Positions 27,969 through 38,997 of a stretch of 61,679 nucleotides of DNA are shown here, in pieces. A model generated the notes under the pieces. That model saw only the letters and a program-made list of their open reading frames with translations, did no database searches and was not told the DNA's origin. Origin of the DNA: Gemmatimonadota bacterium (GTDB lineage Bacteria; Gemmatimonadota; Gemmatimonadetes; Gemmatimonadales; GWC2-71-9). Position numbers and translations under genes: made by a program. The stretch spans positions 1-61,679 of the forward strand of contig JAZDCY010000069.1 in the NCBI GenBank assembly GCA_036679645.1. Direction: 5' to 3'. Each line of letters begins with the position of its first letter. Position 1 is the first letter of the stretch.

Positions 27969-30900
27969 ATGACGTCCCTACGCGTGCTTCGTGTGTGCGG
28001 CCGCGCGCTACCGTTCGGGCTGCTCGCCCTCCTCGCTGCAGGCACGCCGCTGGCCGCCCAGGATCCAGCCGCCGTCGCCGAGGCCATATCCGAGCTAACC
28101 TGGAGGCCCATCGGACCGGCCAACATGGGGGGGCGCGTCACGGATATCGTAGGTGTGCCTGGTGATCCCAAGGTCTTCTACGTTGGCGGTGCCGACGGTG
28201 GTGTGTTCCGCACCACCAACGCCGGGGTCACGTTCGATGCCTTGTTCACCGATCAGGCGGTCTACTCGGTCGGGGCCCTCGCGTTGGCTCCCTCCGATCC
28301 CAACGTGCTGTGGCTGGGTAGCGGAGAAGGGGATCCGCGCAACAGCGTGTCGTACGGCAACGGGGTATACCGCTCCCTGGACCGGGGAGGCACATGGTCA
28401 CACGTGGGCCTCGATGGAACAGAGCGGATCAAACGGATCGCGGTCGATCCGCGCAATCCAGATGTCGCCTTTGTCTGCGCCCTTGGTCGAGAGTGGGGGC
28501 CGAACGAAGACCGTGGCGTGTTCCGCACGACAGATGGCGGCCGGGCGTGGGACAAGATCCTCTACGTCGACGAGGACACCGGGTGCTCTGACCTGCGGAT
28601 GGACCCGTCGAACCCGCGCATTGTGTTCGCTGCCATGTGGACGTTCCGCCGCCGACCCTGGCGGTTCGACGACGGCGGTCGCGAAACGGCGCTCTACCGC
28701 AGCAAGGACGGCGGGGACACGTGGCAGCGCCTCGACAACGGGCTGCCCGACGCGCCCATGGCCCGCATTGGTGTGGGGATCTCCGCGAGCCATCCGAACA
28801 TCGTGTACCTCATCACCGAGACTCCCGAAGACGGCACACTCTTCCGCTCCGAGGATGGTGGTGAGTCGTGGCGTATGGTGAACGACGACCGCGGCATCAA
28901 CTTCCGTCCGTTCTACTACAGCGATATCCGGGTCGATCCGAACAATCCCAATGTGGTCTATTCGCTGTCCGGCGGACTCTACAAGTCAATCGATGGCGGG
29001 CGCACTTTCGACCGAATCGCGCGTGGCGTCCATGGCGATCATCAGTCCATGTGGATCGACCCACTCGACAGCGATCGGGTGTTGAGCGGCAGTGATGGCG
29101 GGTTCCAGGTATCCTATGACGCCGCTGCGAACTGGGATATCATCAACAACGTCACGCTGGCGCAGTTCTACCAGATCGACGTCGACGACCAGGACCCCTT
29201 CTGGGTGTGCGGCGGGCTCCAGGACAACGGGAACTGGTGTGGCCCGTCGAATTCGCTGCACAGCGGAGGGATTTACAAGGACGACTGGTTCCGCATTTCC
29301 GGCGGTGACGGGTTCTACAGCCAGTCGGTCCCAGGATCTCCGCACCTCGTGTACACCAACTTGCAGGGCGGCGTCATCATGCTGACCGACACGCGGACGG
29401 GTGTGACACGCCGCATCCACCCCTATCCCAAGATCGTCGGCTCTGCTGGTGATGCGATGATCGACCACCGCTATCGATTCAACTGGGACGCACCGATCCA
29501 CATCTCACCACACGACCCTAACACCGTGTACTGGGGCGGGAACGTTCTCTTCAAGAGCGCCGATCTCGGCTACAGCTGGGAGGTGATCAGTCCCGATCTC
29601 ACGACGGATGACCCGGAGAAGCAACGGGATTCCGGAGGCGAGATCTACAACGACAACACCGCGGCGGAGTTCCACACGACGATTCTCACGATCGAGGAGT
29701 CCCCGATCGAAGCTGGCGTCATCTGGGTGGGAACGGATGACGGCAATATCCAGATAACGCGCGACGGCGGGGCGACGTGGACCAACGTACGGGACAACGT
29801 CCGCGGCCTGCCCGAGTTCGCATGGATTGCCAAGATCGAGGCGTCGTCCCACGACGCGGCCACAGCTTTCGTGGCCGTGGACAATCACCGCCTCGATGAT
29901 TTCGCGCCGTACGTCTTCGTGACGAGAGACTATGGCCGCTCATGGCGCAATCTCGCCGAGGGACTCCCGCAGACCGACTACGTCAAGGTGGTGCGTCAGG
30001 ATCCGGTCGAGTCAGACATCCTGTACGTCGGGATGGAGTTGGGGATCTACGCCTCGTGGGATGCAGGCGAGACGTGGGTCTCCATCCGGAACGATCTCCC
30101 GCCGGTCTCCGTGCGGGATATCCAGATTCAGCGGCGGGACAACGCGTTGGTGATCGGGACGCACGGACGGGGCGCGTTTGTCCTGGACGACCTGACACCG
30201 TTGCAGCAACTGCCGGCGGCGCTGGCGAGCGGTGCGCACTTCTTCGACCCACGCCGTGCAACGCGGTGGCAGATGGCGAATCGCGACGCCTCGATGGGAC
30301 AGCGATCCTATCGTGCGCCTAACCCGCCGTCGGGCGCGTCGCTCTACTTCCATCTCGCGACGCAACCCAGCGGACCCGTCAGCGTCGCGGTTGCCGACGC
30401 GTCCGGTGCGGCCGTCCGAGACATACGTGTTCGCGAGCCGCATGTGGGTGTGAACCGGGTCGTGTGGGATCTCCGTCATGAGGGTCCGACGCGCATCCGC
30501 GGGCAGGATGGAACTCACACTCCGCGTGGGGGATATCGAGTTGGAGCAGACGCTCGAGCTTCGGGGTGACCCGCGCATCGAGATGACCGCCCAGGATTAC
30601 CGGCAACAGATCGGCGCGCTGATGGCCCTGCGGGAGATGGCATCGGATCTCAATGAGGCGATCAACCTCGTAGAGAGCCTCCGCTCCCAACTCGAGAGCA
30701 TTCAGGAGGCGGCACGCGCATCGCGACCGGTTGACGGTGGCGATCTTTCGGGAGCACTCGCAGCCGCGATCGACTCACTCGGCGCCGTGAGCGCCACCTA
30801 TCTGCGGCGGCCGCCACCGCGCATGAACTACCGCCAGCGCCCACGAGTCAGTGAGGAGATTCGCTCCCTCACTCGAGCGATCGGCGGCGTCGAGGCGCGA

Positions 30901-31080
30901 CCGACCGAACCGCAACTCACGCGTGTGGAGGGATTGCGTGACGAGTCGCGCGAGGCCCTGGCTGCGCTCGACCGGGTGCTCGATAGGATGATACGGCCGC
31001 TGAATGACCGGCTGGGGGAGTATCCCCGGATCATGGTACCGGCCCGGGGTGGGGGAGAGAGTGTGAGCGGTGAGCGGTAA
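27969..31080 (+). pseudogene. VPS10/BNR-repeat glycosyl hydrolase-like protein, frameshifted near 30505
   Basis: WRPIGPANMGGR, many S.DGG.TW Asp-boxes; C-terminal coiled part continues in another frame (30478-31080). Confidence 0.85.
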
Positions 31081-31140
31081 GCTGTGCGCGGGTCCTGTGA
31101 GAACCCGCTCACCGCGTACAGCTCACCGCGTACGCTCACC
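31063..31140. repeat. 7-mer periodic inverted repeat between convergent genes
   Basis: GTGAGCG-like x4 ... CGCTCAC-like x4-5; overlaps both stop codons. Confidence 0.75.
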
Positions 31141-31518
31141 GGGCGGGACCGCCTGTCGGCGCACGTCGGCGAGCATCCGTTCCATGAAATCGACGCGTTC
31201 CTGTAATTCGAACATCTCCGAGCGCATGTCTTCCATCGAGTCCAGGATCCGGTGCCGTTCGTCGTCGGAATCGAGCCGGCGGTCGGAGGCGTGGCCTCCT
31301 TCCCAGTTGACGATCCGTCGGTTGTCAATGTCTCTAAACTCACCGGCCGCTATCAGAATGCAGTCGTATGCCCACCAGAGGCCAAAGCCGCCGCCGGTGA
31401 AGAGCATCCCGATGGCCGTTCCGACCTTCCCGGCGTAGAACCGGTGGCCGCCGAAGAAACCAATGAACACGGCCAGCACCATGGCCACTCCACGCGACCG
31501 ATCTGAGGTGTCGTCCAT
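31123..31518 (-). CDS. TM2 domain membrane protein
   Basis: FIGFFGGHRFYAGK..TGGGFGLWW..D; C-terminal ELQERVDFMERML. Confidence 0.9.
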   Translation of the reverse strand: MDDTSDRSRGVAMVLAVFIGFFGGHRFYAGKVGTAIGMLFTGGGFGLWWAYDCILIAAGEFRDIDNRRIVNWEGGHASDRRLDSDDERHRILDSMEDMRSEMFELQERVDFMERMLADVRRQAVPPGERTR

Positions 31519-31720
31519 CTGCCAAAGCTAGTGTGGCACGCGGTCTTGTGTGAGATGGGCCACCGCGATGTCGGGTACGCTCACCGGCACCAACCTGATG
31601 CGTTGGCGAGCGTGAAGAACCGGGGCATTGCGCTTTCGGTCGTTCGTGGGTGGCGATGAGGGGATGAGCGAGCCCAACTTGCGTGCTCGGATACCAGCAA
31701 TCACAACCTGTGGGGTAGCG

Positions 31721-32023
31721 ATGAGCGAGTCTGCTGAAGGGACGGGTGCAGGGGCGAGTTTCAACGGTCTCGTCGCGGGACTAGCAGCGTCGGCGATCGC
31801 CGGTCTGCAACAGGTGGCTAGCACTGAAGGGTCGGCGGATCAATCTGAGATGGAGGCCGGGCCGGGGCTCGCAGGCGTGCGACAGGTCATCGACATGCTC
31901 GTGCTGCTGCAGGACAAGACACGCGGCAACCTCGTGCAGGAGGAACAGCAGTTTCTCGATTCGACCGTGGCCGATCTCAAACTTGCCTTTGTGAAGGCCG
32001 CCGATGGGACCAAGACGGGTTGA
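31721..32023 (+). CDS. DUF1844-like protein
   Basis: IDMLVLLQDKTRGNL..EE..L..LKLAFV. Confidence 0.8.
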   Translation: MSESAEGTGAGASFNGLVAGLAASAIAGLQQVASTEGSADQSEMEAGPGLAGVRQVIDMLVLLQDKTRGNLVQEEQQFLDSTVADLKLAFVKAADGTKTG

Positions 32024-32259
32024 CGGCGCCGGGGGCAACAACTGATCCAGATCGGCGCGGTATGGCATCGTAATCGCTTGTGGGACAATGTCTTAACTGC
32101 CCAAGCGCTGATTTGCATGCCGTGACGACCCGGGCGCCAAAGACAATATTTCGACGCTTTACTATCTGACCAAGAGTCCACAACTTGTTTGTGCTTACCG
32201 AGTTGCGAGGGTGTATACTCTGACGTGACCTCCCATCTGTCCTTGCGCACGGGTTGCCG

Positions 32260-34191
32260 GTGACCGATCAGACCGACAGTAACGGATCTGCGGTATTCTC
32301 GGAGCTGCTTCAGGGCGGGCTCGGACTCGCTTTGGAGTCGATGCCCCTCGGTGTCACCATCACCGATCTCGATCGGCGCATCCTCTACACCAACCCGGCC
32401 GAAGCCTCGATGCACGGCTACTCGGTCGACGAACTCCTCGGGCAGCCATCGCGCATCTTCGCGCCACGGGGGTACGCGCGCGCCTTGCCGCGACACGAGT
32501 TGGGTACCGTGGCGCCCTGGCAGCGCGAGGCCATCAACGTGCGGCGAGACGGATCGACCTTCCCGGTCCGGCTGCAGTCGCGTGTCGTGCGGAGTACCGG
32601 CGATCAGGCAGTGGCGATCGTCACTACCTGTCAGGACATCACCGATCATGTGCGCAGCATCAAGGCGCTCCGGGCCAGCGAGCAGCGGTACCGCAGCTTC
32701 GTGGAGCGTGCGGCACACGGTATCTATCGGGCGAGTCCGGAGGGTCGCTTCCTGGAAGTGAATCCCGCCCTGGTGCGTATGTTGGGGTACGGATCATCGC
32801 GGGAAGTCCTGGGACTCGACATTGGGAGAGACGTGTTCGAGGATCCGCGGCAGCGGCAGCGGCTCCTGAGGCAGGTCCGTGACGGGAAATATCGGACCGG
32901 TATCGAGGTACGGTGGAAGCAGCGGGATGAGTCGATTATCGATGTCCGTCTCAGCGGCACGGCCATCTACGACGCGCAGGGCCACTTCGAGTACGTCGAG
33001 ATGTTCGCCGAAGACGTTACCGAGCACCAGTCGTTGCTAGCGCAGCTCCGCCAGGTGCAAAAGACAGAACTCCTCGGGCAGTGGACGGGCGGGATCGCTC
33101 ACGATTTCAACAACATTCTCACCGTGATCATGACCAACGCCGAGCTGGTGGGTTCGGCGCTCCATCCCGAGCAGCAGGACCTCCGCGAGGAACTCGACGG
33201 ACTACGCGGTGCCGCCGTACGCGGGACGCTGCTCGTGCGCAAGCTGTTGGGATTTGCCAAACGCGGGCGCATAAAGGAGACCGTCGATTTCCAGCGCACG
33301 CTCAGCGATCTCATCGAGACCGTACGGCGTTTGCTTCCTGAGACGATCGAGGTGGAGTTACACCATGGTGGGCGTTTGCCCAAGGTCCGGGCGGATGCCG
33401 GTGTCGTGGAGCAGATTCTTCTGAACCTCGCGACCAATGCGCGGGACGCGATGGAAGGCGGCGGCCGACTCGTCTTCGAGACGTCGACGCGCACCGTGCA
33501 GGCCGAAGATCTGCCGGAAGAAGGGTGGGGAACGCCCGGCACATACGTTTGCATCGCTGTACGCGACAACGGAATCGGGATGGACGCGAAGACTCAGAAG
33601 CAGGTTTTCGAGCCGTTCTTCACGACCAAGGAGCCGGGGGCCGGAACGGGGCTTGGGCTGGCGATGGTTGACGGTCTGATGAAGCAGCACGACGGTTTCG
33701 TGAACATCGAGAGCACGCTCGGTGCTGGTACGGAGGTGACCGTCTACTTTCCGGTAACAGATCGAGTTGACGCAGAGCCGGAAGCCCCAAAGGCCGCGCC
33801 GGCACCGCGGGGCGGCTCGGAGACGCTGCTCATCGTGGAGGACGAAGAGGCGATCCGCCGGGCGACCAAACGTCTCCTCGAGCGCCAGGGATACACGGTC
33901 CTTCTCGCTGCCGATGGGGTCGAGGCTCTCGAGTTGATAGAAAAACGTCCTGGAGACGTGGATCTAGTCATCACGGACTTCGTCATGCCACGTATGACCG
34001 GTCCGCAACTGTACGACGCGGTGCAGCGACGGGGGCTACCCACGCGCTTCATCATGGTGAGTGGCTACTCCGAGGACGCTGACGAAACGCGCCATGCGTC
34101 CCGTCCGGACGTTCCCTTCATGCGTAAACCGTGGGTACCTGCCGCGTTGTTGGAGCGCATCCGTGAGGTCCTCGATACGGCACCCCGCTGA
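32260..34191 (+). CDS. PAS-PAS hybrid sensor histidine kinase with receiver
   Basis: AHDFNN, NARDAM, FEPFFTTK, GTGLGL, REC (VEDE..DFVMP..KP). Confidence 0.95.
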   Translation: MTDQTDSNGSAVFSELLQGGLGLALESMPLGVTITDLDRRILYTNPAEASMHGYSVDELLGQPSRIFAPRGYARALPRHELGTVAPWQREAINVRRDGSTFPVRLQSRVVRSTGDQAVAIVTTCQDITDHVRSIKALRASEQRYRSFVERAAHGIYRASPEGRFLEVNPALVRMLGYGSSREVLGLDIGRDVFEDPRQRQRLLRQVRDGKYRTGIEVRWKQRDESIIDVRLSGTAIYDAQGHFEYVEMFAEDVTEHQSLLAQLRQVQKTELLGQWTGGIAHDFNNILTVIMTNAELVGSALHPEQQDLREELDGLRGAAVRGTLLVRKLLGFAKRGRIKETVDFQRTLSDLIETVRRLLPETIEVELHHGGRLPKVRADAGVVEQILLNLATNARDAMEGGGRLVFETSTRTVQAEDLPEEGWGTPGTYVCIAVRDNGIGMDAKTQKQVFEPFFTTKEPGAGTGLGLAMVDGLMKQHDGFVNIESTLGAGTEVTVYFPVTDRVDAEPEAPKAAPAPRGGSETLLIVEDEEAIRRATKRLLERQGYTVLLAADGVEALELIEKRPGDVDLVITDFVMPRMTGPQLYDAVQRRGLPTRFIMVSGYSEDADETRHASRPDVPFMRKPWVPAALLERIREVLDTAPR

Positions 34192-34197
34192 CCGGCG

Positions 34198-34890
34198 TTA
34201 CGGCGTTACGATGCGCACGCCTTCCGGCACCACGAATGTCACTTCCCGACGGGGAACGGCCGCTCCCGGCTCGATCGCGATCAAGACGAGCGTACGCCGC
34301 TGACCGGACTCCTCGACGAGAGCCACACGGCGCAGCAGGCCGGTACGGCGTGAGATGCTGATGGTGGCGCGGCGGAACCCGAGCCCGTCCTGTTTGGGTA
34401 CCAGTCGCACGACATCCACGAGGTCGGCGGCGACGCTATCTGTCCCGACGTAGGTCGCGTCATAGCGCTCGAGAGGGTTATCCACGAACTGCAGAAAGAT
34501 GTTGGGCGTTGCGGCTCCGTACCGCGGGATCGGTTGCCGCAGCACCTGATTTGGTACCGTACTGGGCGTAAACGCCCAGAGCCACTCACCATCGACCACG
34601 ATACGATCGCCCTCGGGGTGCTCGAATCGCATGGCGAACCGATCGGGCGGTACTAGATAGAGGACACCGCGCGTGGTCTCCGGATCGCCCAGCATGGGGT
34701 TGGAGATCGTCTGGCGAAAATCTGCACGAAGGCTGGTGAGCGACTCATAGGTGCGCCCGGCGCGGTCGAGCGCCGCGGTGGCATCTTGCGCAGCCGCCTG
34801 CCGGATCAGGCCGCCAACGGCGAGCGCGGCAAGCGTCGCGATGCCGACGCGCGTCGGCCCGCTTCCAACTATCCCAGCCATCCCGACCAT
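34198..34890 (-). CDS. lolA: outer-membrane lipoprotein carrier LolA
   Basis: LRADFRQ, G..Y..PDRF, IVVDGEWLW, terminal F..PEGV. Confidence 0.85.
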   Translation of the reverse strand: MVGMAGIVGSGPTRVGIATLAALAVGGLIRQAAAQDATAALDRAGRTYESLTSLRADFRQTISNPMLGDPETTRGVLYLVPPDRFAMRFEHPEGDRIVVDGEWLWAFTPSTVPNQVLRQPIPRYGAATPNIFLQFVDNPLERYDATYVGTDSVAADLVDVVRLVPKQDGLGFRRATISISRRTGLLRRVALVEESGQRRTLVLIAIEPGAAVPRREVTFVVPEGVRIVTP

Positions 34891-34904
34891 TCCGTCAGCT
34901 CGTC

Positions 34905-35948
34905 CTAGGGCCTGATCACGTCGGCCGGCTGGAGGAGCGTCCGCCCGATGGCTTCCGCAATCACCGCGATCTCGCGGATGAGATCGCCGAACTGGTTGGG
35001 ATATAGACTCTGCGCCCCGTCCGACAGGGCGCGGTCGGGTTGGGGATGTACCTCGACCATGACGCCGTCGGCGCCGGCGGCAATGGCCGCTCGGGCCATT
35101 GGAATGACGAGAGAGCGTCGGCCCGTTCCGTGGCTCGGGTCAGCGATGATGGGTAGGTGTGACAGCTCTTTCACAACCGGAATGGCCGCGACATCAAAGA
35201 GATTGCGGGTGGAGCCGTCGAACCCGCGGATCCCCCGTTCGCAGAGGATGACGTCGTGGTTGCCCTCGGCAAGCAGGTACTCGGCGGACAGGAGTAGTTC
35301 CGTGATCGTCGCCGCCGGCCCGCGCTTCAGCAGAACGGGTTTGCCGATGCGGCCCGCATGTTTGAGTAGCGAGAAGTTCTGCATGTTGCGGGCGCCGATT
35401 TGGATGATGTCGGCGTATTCGGCGACGAGGTCGATGCCCTCGATGTCCATCGCTTCTGTGACGATGTGTAGCCCCGTCTCCTCGCGCGCGCGCGCGAGCA
35501 GTGCGAGGCCTTCCTTGCCCAGACCCTGAAACGAGTATGGAGAAGTGCGCGGCTTGAAGGCACCGCCGCGAAGAAGCGCCGCGCCGGCGTCGCGCACCTT
35601 ACGGGCGGCATCGAGGATCTGCGCCTCGGACTCGACCGAGCAGGGCCCCGCGATGACCACGACGTCCTTGCCGCCGATGACCAGCCCGTCCGCCAGTCGT
35701 ACTTCGGTCGCGTCGGGACACCATTCCCGTGATACCTGTTTGTAGGGTTGGGTGACATGGATGATCTCGCGGACACCCGGAAGGGCGGCCAAACGTGAAG
35801 CATCGACCCGGCCGTCGTTGCCCACCAGGCCAACGGCGGTGCGCTGGTGGCCGGGCATGGGGCGGGCTTGATACCCCAGTTCGGCGATGGTATCGACGAC
35901 GCGCTGCACCTCGTCTGGTCCCGCGCCGTGCTGCATGACGATCAACAT
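34905..35948 (-). CDS. aroF: DAHP synthase type I-beta
   Basis: AGPCSVES, KPRTSPYSFQG, QIGARNMQN, DPSH. Confidence 0.96.
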   Translation of the reverse strand: MLIVMQHGAGPDEVQRVVDTIAELGYQARPMPGHQRTAVGLVGNDGRVDASRLAALPGVREIIHVTQPYKQVSREWCPDATEVRLADGLVIGGKDVVVIAGPCSVESEAQILDAARKVRDAGAALLRGGAFKPRTSPYSFQGLGKEGLALLARAREETGLHIVTEAMDIEGIDLVAEYADIIQIGARNMQNFSLLKHAGRIGKPVLLKRGPAATITELLLSAEYLLAEGNHDVILCERGIRGFDGSTRNLFDVAAIPVVKELSHLPIIADPSHGTGRRSLVIPMARAAIAAGADGVMVEVHPQPDRALSDGAQSLYPNQFGDLIREIAVIAEAIGRTLLQPADVIRP

Positions 35949-35955
35949 GTTGCCG

Positions 35956-36723
35956 CTATGCCTCGATCGTAAACGTGTCGCCGTCGCGTGCCGCGACGAC
36001 AGGTCCACCGAACATGTCGGTGGCCGTGGTCTCGGGGTGCGCCGACGCGACTGGCGGATAGAAATGCGTGAGCACGAGCTTCCGTGCCCGGGCCTCTCGC
36101 GCCAGTGCCCCCGCCTGTGCGGGAGTCAAATGTACGTCGAGGGCGCGGTCAGCGGGCAACGAGCACTCGGCGACCAGGAGATCGCACCGCAGCGCCCAAG
36201 CGGCCAGGGCCGCCGACGGGCCGGTATCTCCCGTGTACACCACGCGCACCCCACCGTGCCGGATGCCGTAGGCGACGCTCTCTTCAGTATGGGGGGTCGG
36301 GAACGCCTCCAGTTCGACCGCGTCATCCAGGGCGAGCGGGCGCTCCAGCGGGATCTCGATCACCTCGAGCGGATAGCCGGGTGCCTGCACCCAGTCTCCG
36401 AGTGCGCCTCCTAGATGAGCCAAGCGACCCGCCAAGCCGACCGGCCCGATCAACGTGAGCGGGGCGTCGCGGGCCGGCTCGATGCCCCATCGGAGCGCAA
36501 GGAGCAGGTGAGGAAGTTCCCCCCAGTGATCGGTGTGGAAGTGTGTGAGCGCAACGTGCGTGACCTGATCCCACGCGACTCCCAGTGCTGCCATCCGGTG
36601 TAAAGCGCCGGCACCGCAATCGAGCAACAACGAGACGGGTCCTGCTTCCACCCAGTGGGCGGGCGCGACCCGATCCGCCGCCGGGGCGACGGTGCCGGAC
36701 CCGATCACACGAAAGCGAATCAC
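35956..36723 (-). CDS. RNase Z/AtsA-like MBL-fold hydrolase
   Basis: IGSG, LLDCG, THFHTDH, YTGDT, LTHFYP. Confidence 0.88.
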   Translation of the reverse strand: MIRFRVIGSGTVAPAADRVAPAHWVEAGPVSLLLDCGAGALHRMAALGVAWDQVTHVALTHFHTDHWGELPHLLLALRWGIEPARDAPLTLIGPVGLAGRLAHLGGALGDWVQAPGYPLEVIEIPLERPLALDDAVELEAFPTPHTEESVAYGIRHGGVRVVYTGDTGPSAALAAWALRCDLLVAECSLPADRALDVHLTPAQAGALAREARARKLVLTHFYPPVASAHPETTATDMFGGPVVAARDGDTFTIEA

Positions 36724-38996
36724 GGTGGACCGAGGAACACGACGCGCTTGAAGAACGTCCCATCGGAAGTCGCCAGCTTGGCGAGGTATACGCCTGGCGG
36801 GACGAAGGTGCCGTCGGCGGTCGTGCCGTCCCACTCGAGTCGCGGGTCGCAGCGACCGCCAGCGAACGCGCTCGGGCGGCCGTAACGTCCCGGCAGGAGG
36901 AACGGACCCAACCCGTCTGCCGGAATCAACGTGCGGGCGATATGGCCGCGCAGGTCCAGGACGTCGAGCCTGACGACGCCGTCCACCGCCAGGTCGAACC
37001 AGAAGCACGTCGCCGACTGGCCGATGGCCGTGTTTGGGAACGGGTTCGGAAAATTCTGGAAGAGCGCCGTGACGGGGGGAGCGGTGTCATCCACGATGAC
37101 GAACGTGCCGCGACTCTCTACGGTGACACTGTCGCTGCCAACGTGGGCGGTCACTCGCCAGCGATACGGCGTGTTGCGTTCCAGGTCGTGCTCGGGCGTG
37201 AACGATGTCGTCGTGATGCTGTCGCCGAGTACATCGACGTCGCCGTCCACAGCGCGCACGACCGAAACGGAAAACAGAAATGGCCCAGGAGGTGACGCGA
37301 CGTCCGGACTCGACCACGTAAAGGTCGGCCGGAACTCGCGAGTCGTCGTGCCGCCCGGGTCGTCTAGTGCTTGCAGCACGACCCACTCGGGCGTCTCGAA
37401 GAGCGTGTCGCCCCGCACGACAGCCTTCACCGAGTCCGCTGAGGTTGCGGTGAGCTCGACGGCGAGAGGGGTGCCGGGTGCCAGTGGGCTCAGCAACGTA
37501 AAGGTCGTATCTGGCAGCGTGATGTCGGTAATGATCCGCGCGAAGGCGGTGTCCTCTCCCAGCCGCAACCGATAGGACATCGGCTGCGCAAACGCGGGTG
37601 TGTTGGGGACCGACCAGGTGAAAGTCGGCGTGATGGTCTCGAGCACGGGTGGCCCCGGCGGGAGCAAAGTCACCCCCTGGGGGAACGTGACGGCGCGCAG
37701 GAGATCAGGACGCCCCCACCCCCGGTCGTTGTCGGGAGCCTCACGGTTATCGGCGGCGTTGCGCAGCGCCTCGCGAATCGCGATCGGTCCCAGGCCGGGG
37801 TGGATCTCCTTGAAAAGGACCGCGGCGCCCGCCACGATTGGTGTGGCGAACGATGTGCCGTTGACGCGATTGAATGTCACGAGGCCGGCGTTCGGCACCG
37901 CCACCCACACGGCTACGCCCGGAGCGGAGAGATCGGGTTTGATGCGACCATCGGCAGTTGGGCCCCGTGAACTGAAGACTGCCACCGCCCCGAGAGAATC
38001 CTCGGCACCCACGGCGATGACCGAGTCGGCGTCCGCTGGCGTGATGAGCGAGGTTGCGCCTTCGGCACCCTGGTTCCCGACGGCCGTGACGATCAGGATG
38101 CCGCGTTCGGCGGCAAGGTCGGCCGCAACGGTCGTGACGGCGATGTCACCGGTCATATCACTGGGTCCGTATCCGGTGAGGTCGTCGAACAACGTGTAGC
38201 CGATGCTGGAGGAGACGATATCGACGCCAATCGAATCGGCCCACTCGAGCGCGGCGACGTAGTTGTCTTCCTCCAACCGCGTCTCTGATCGGACGTCTTC
38301 CGTCTTGGCCAGCAGGTACGACGCGTCAGGCGCAATCCCCAGGAGCGTGTCGGGCACGTTGGCTGCCAGGAGGGACCACACCTGTGTGCCGTGAGTCGAT
38401 GCGTTCACCGCGTCGCCCACCTCGTTTCGTACCACGGAATCATTGAACACGAAATCGAATTGTGCGAACACGATGGCGGCCGCGAACAGTGGGAGGTCAG
38501 TCTCGAACCCAGTATCGAACACCGCGATTCGAACGCCCGCACCCCTCACCCCTCGCTCGACGACTGGCAACATATTCAACCGGCGCAGCGGCATGGCCGA
38601 TGGGCCGTACACCGAGTCTTGCGTAGGTGCGGCGAGCCCGAACGCTGGCGGGGAAGGCGTGGGGATCGGTGTGCGCGGTCGCCTGAAACGACGCACCAGT
38701 TGGATGTGGTGAAGATCTGTCCGTGCGAGCATCGCCACCACCGTTTCCCCCTCGAGATCAGCGGACACGGCGTGGAGCCAGCGGCTGGTGCGGCGCGGCC
38801 GGCCTCCCGCCGCAACCACGGCGGAGTTGATGACGCTTAGGTCAGCACTTGGACGGGCGAAGAGCCATACGGACAGCGTGGTATCGATGCGAGCCAGCCG
38901 TTCCACGATAGGAGAAACGGTCGGTGTCTGAGCTGGGAGTCCGGGGGTGACGACCACGAGCGCGCAGACGCCCAGGACGGCGCCGGAGCGTGTCAC
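36720..38996 (-). CDS. secreted S8 subtilase with C-terminal FlgD-Ig-like tail
   Basis: FDTG, HGT, GTSFATP triad; QNFPNPF..WDG..PPGVY. Confidence 0.92.
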   Translation of the reverse strand: MTRSGAVLGVCALVVVTPGLPAQTPTVSPIVERLARIDTTLSVWLFARPSADLSVINSAVVAAGGRPRRTSRWLHAVSADLEGETVVAMLARTDLHHIQLVRRFRRPRTPIPTPSPPAFGLAAPTQDSVYGPSAMPLRRLNMLPVVERGVRGAGVRIAVFDTGFETDLPLFAAAIVFAQFDFVFNDSVVRNEVGDAVNASTHGTQVWSLLAANVPDTLLGIAPDASYLLAKTEDVRSETRLEEDNYVAALEWADSIGVDIVSSSIGYTLFDDLTGYGPSDMTGDIAVTTVAADLAAERGILIVTAVGNQGAEGATSLITPADADSVIAVGAEDSLGAVAVFSSRGPTADGRIKPDLSAPGVAVWVAVPNAGLVTFNRVNGTSFATPIVAGAAVLFKEIHPGLGPIAIREALRNAADNREAPDNDRGWGRPDLLRAVTFPQGVTLLPPGPPVLETITPTFTWSVPNTPAFAQPMSYRLRLGEDTAFARIITDITLPDTTFTLLSPLAPGTPLAVELTATSADSVKAVVRGDTLFETPEWVVLQALDDPGGTTTREFRPTFTWSSPDVASPPGPFLFSVSVVRAVDGDVDVLGDSITTTSFTPEHDLERNTPYRWRVTAHVGSDSVTVESRGTFVIVDDTAPPVTALFQNFPNPFPNTAIGQSATCFWFDLAVDGVVRLDVLDLRGHIARTLIPADGLGPFLLPGRYGRPSAFAGGRCDPRLEWDGTTADGTFVPPGVYLAKLATSDGTFFKRVVFLGPP

Positions 38997-38997
38997 G

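Noticed and set aside
32063..32078. sigma54 promoter TGGCATC-N4-TCGCT upstream of the kinase
   Set aside because: Spacing fits but the match is imperfect, about 180 nt from the start, with no supporting evidence
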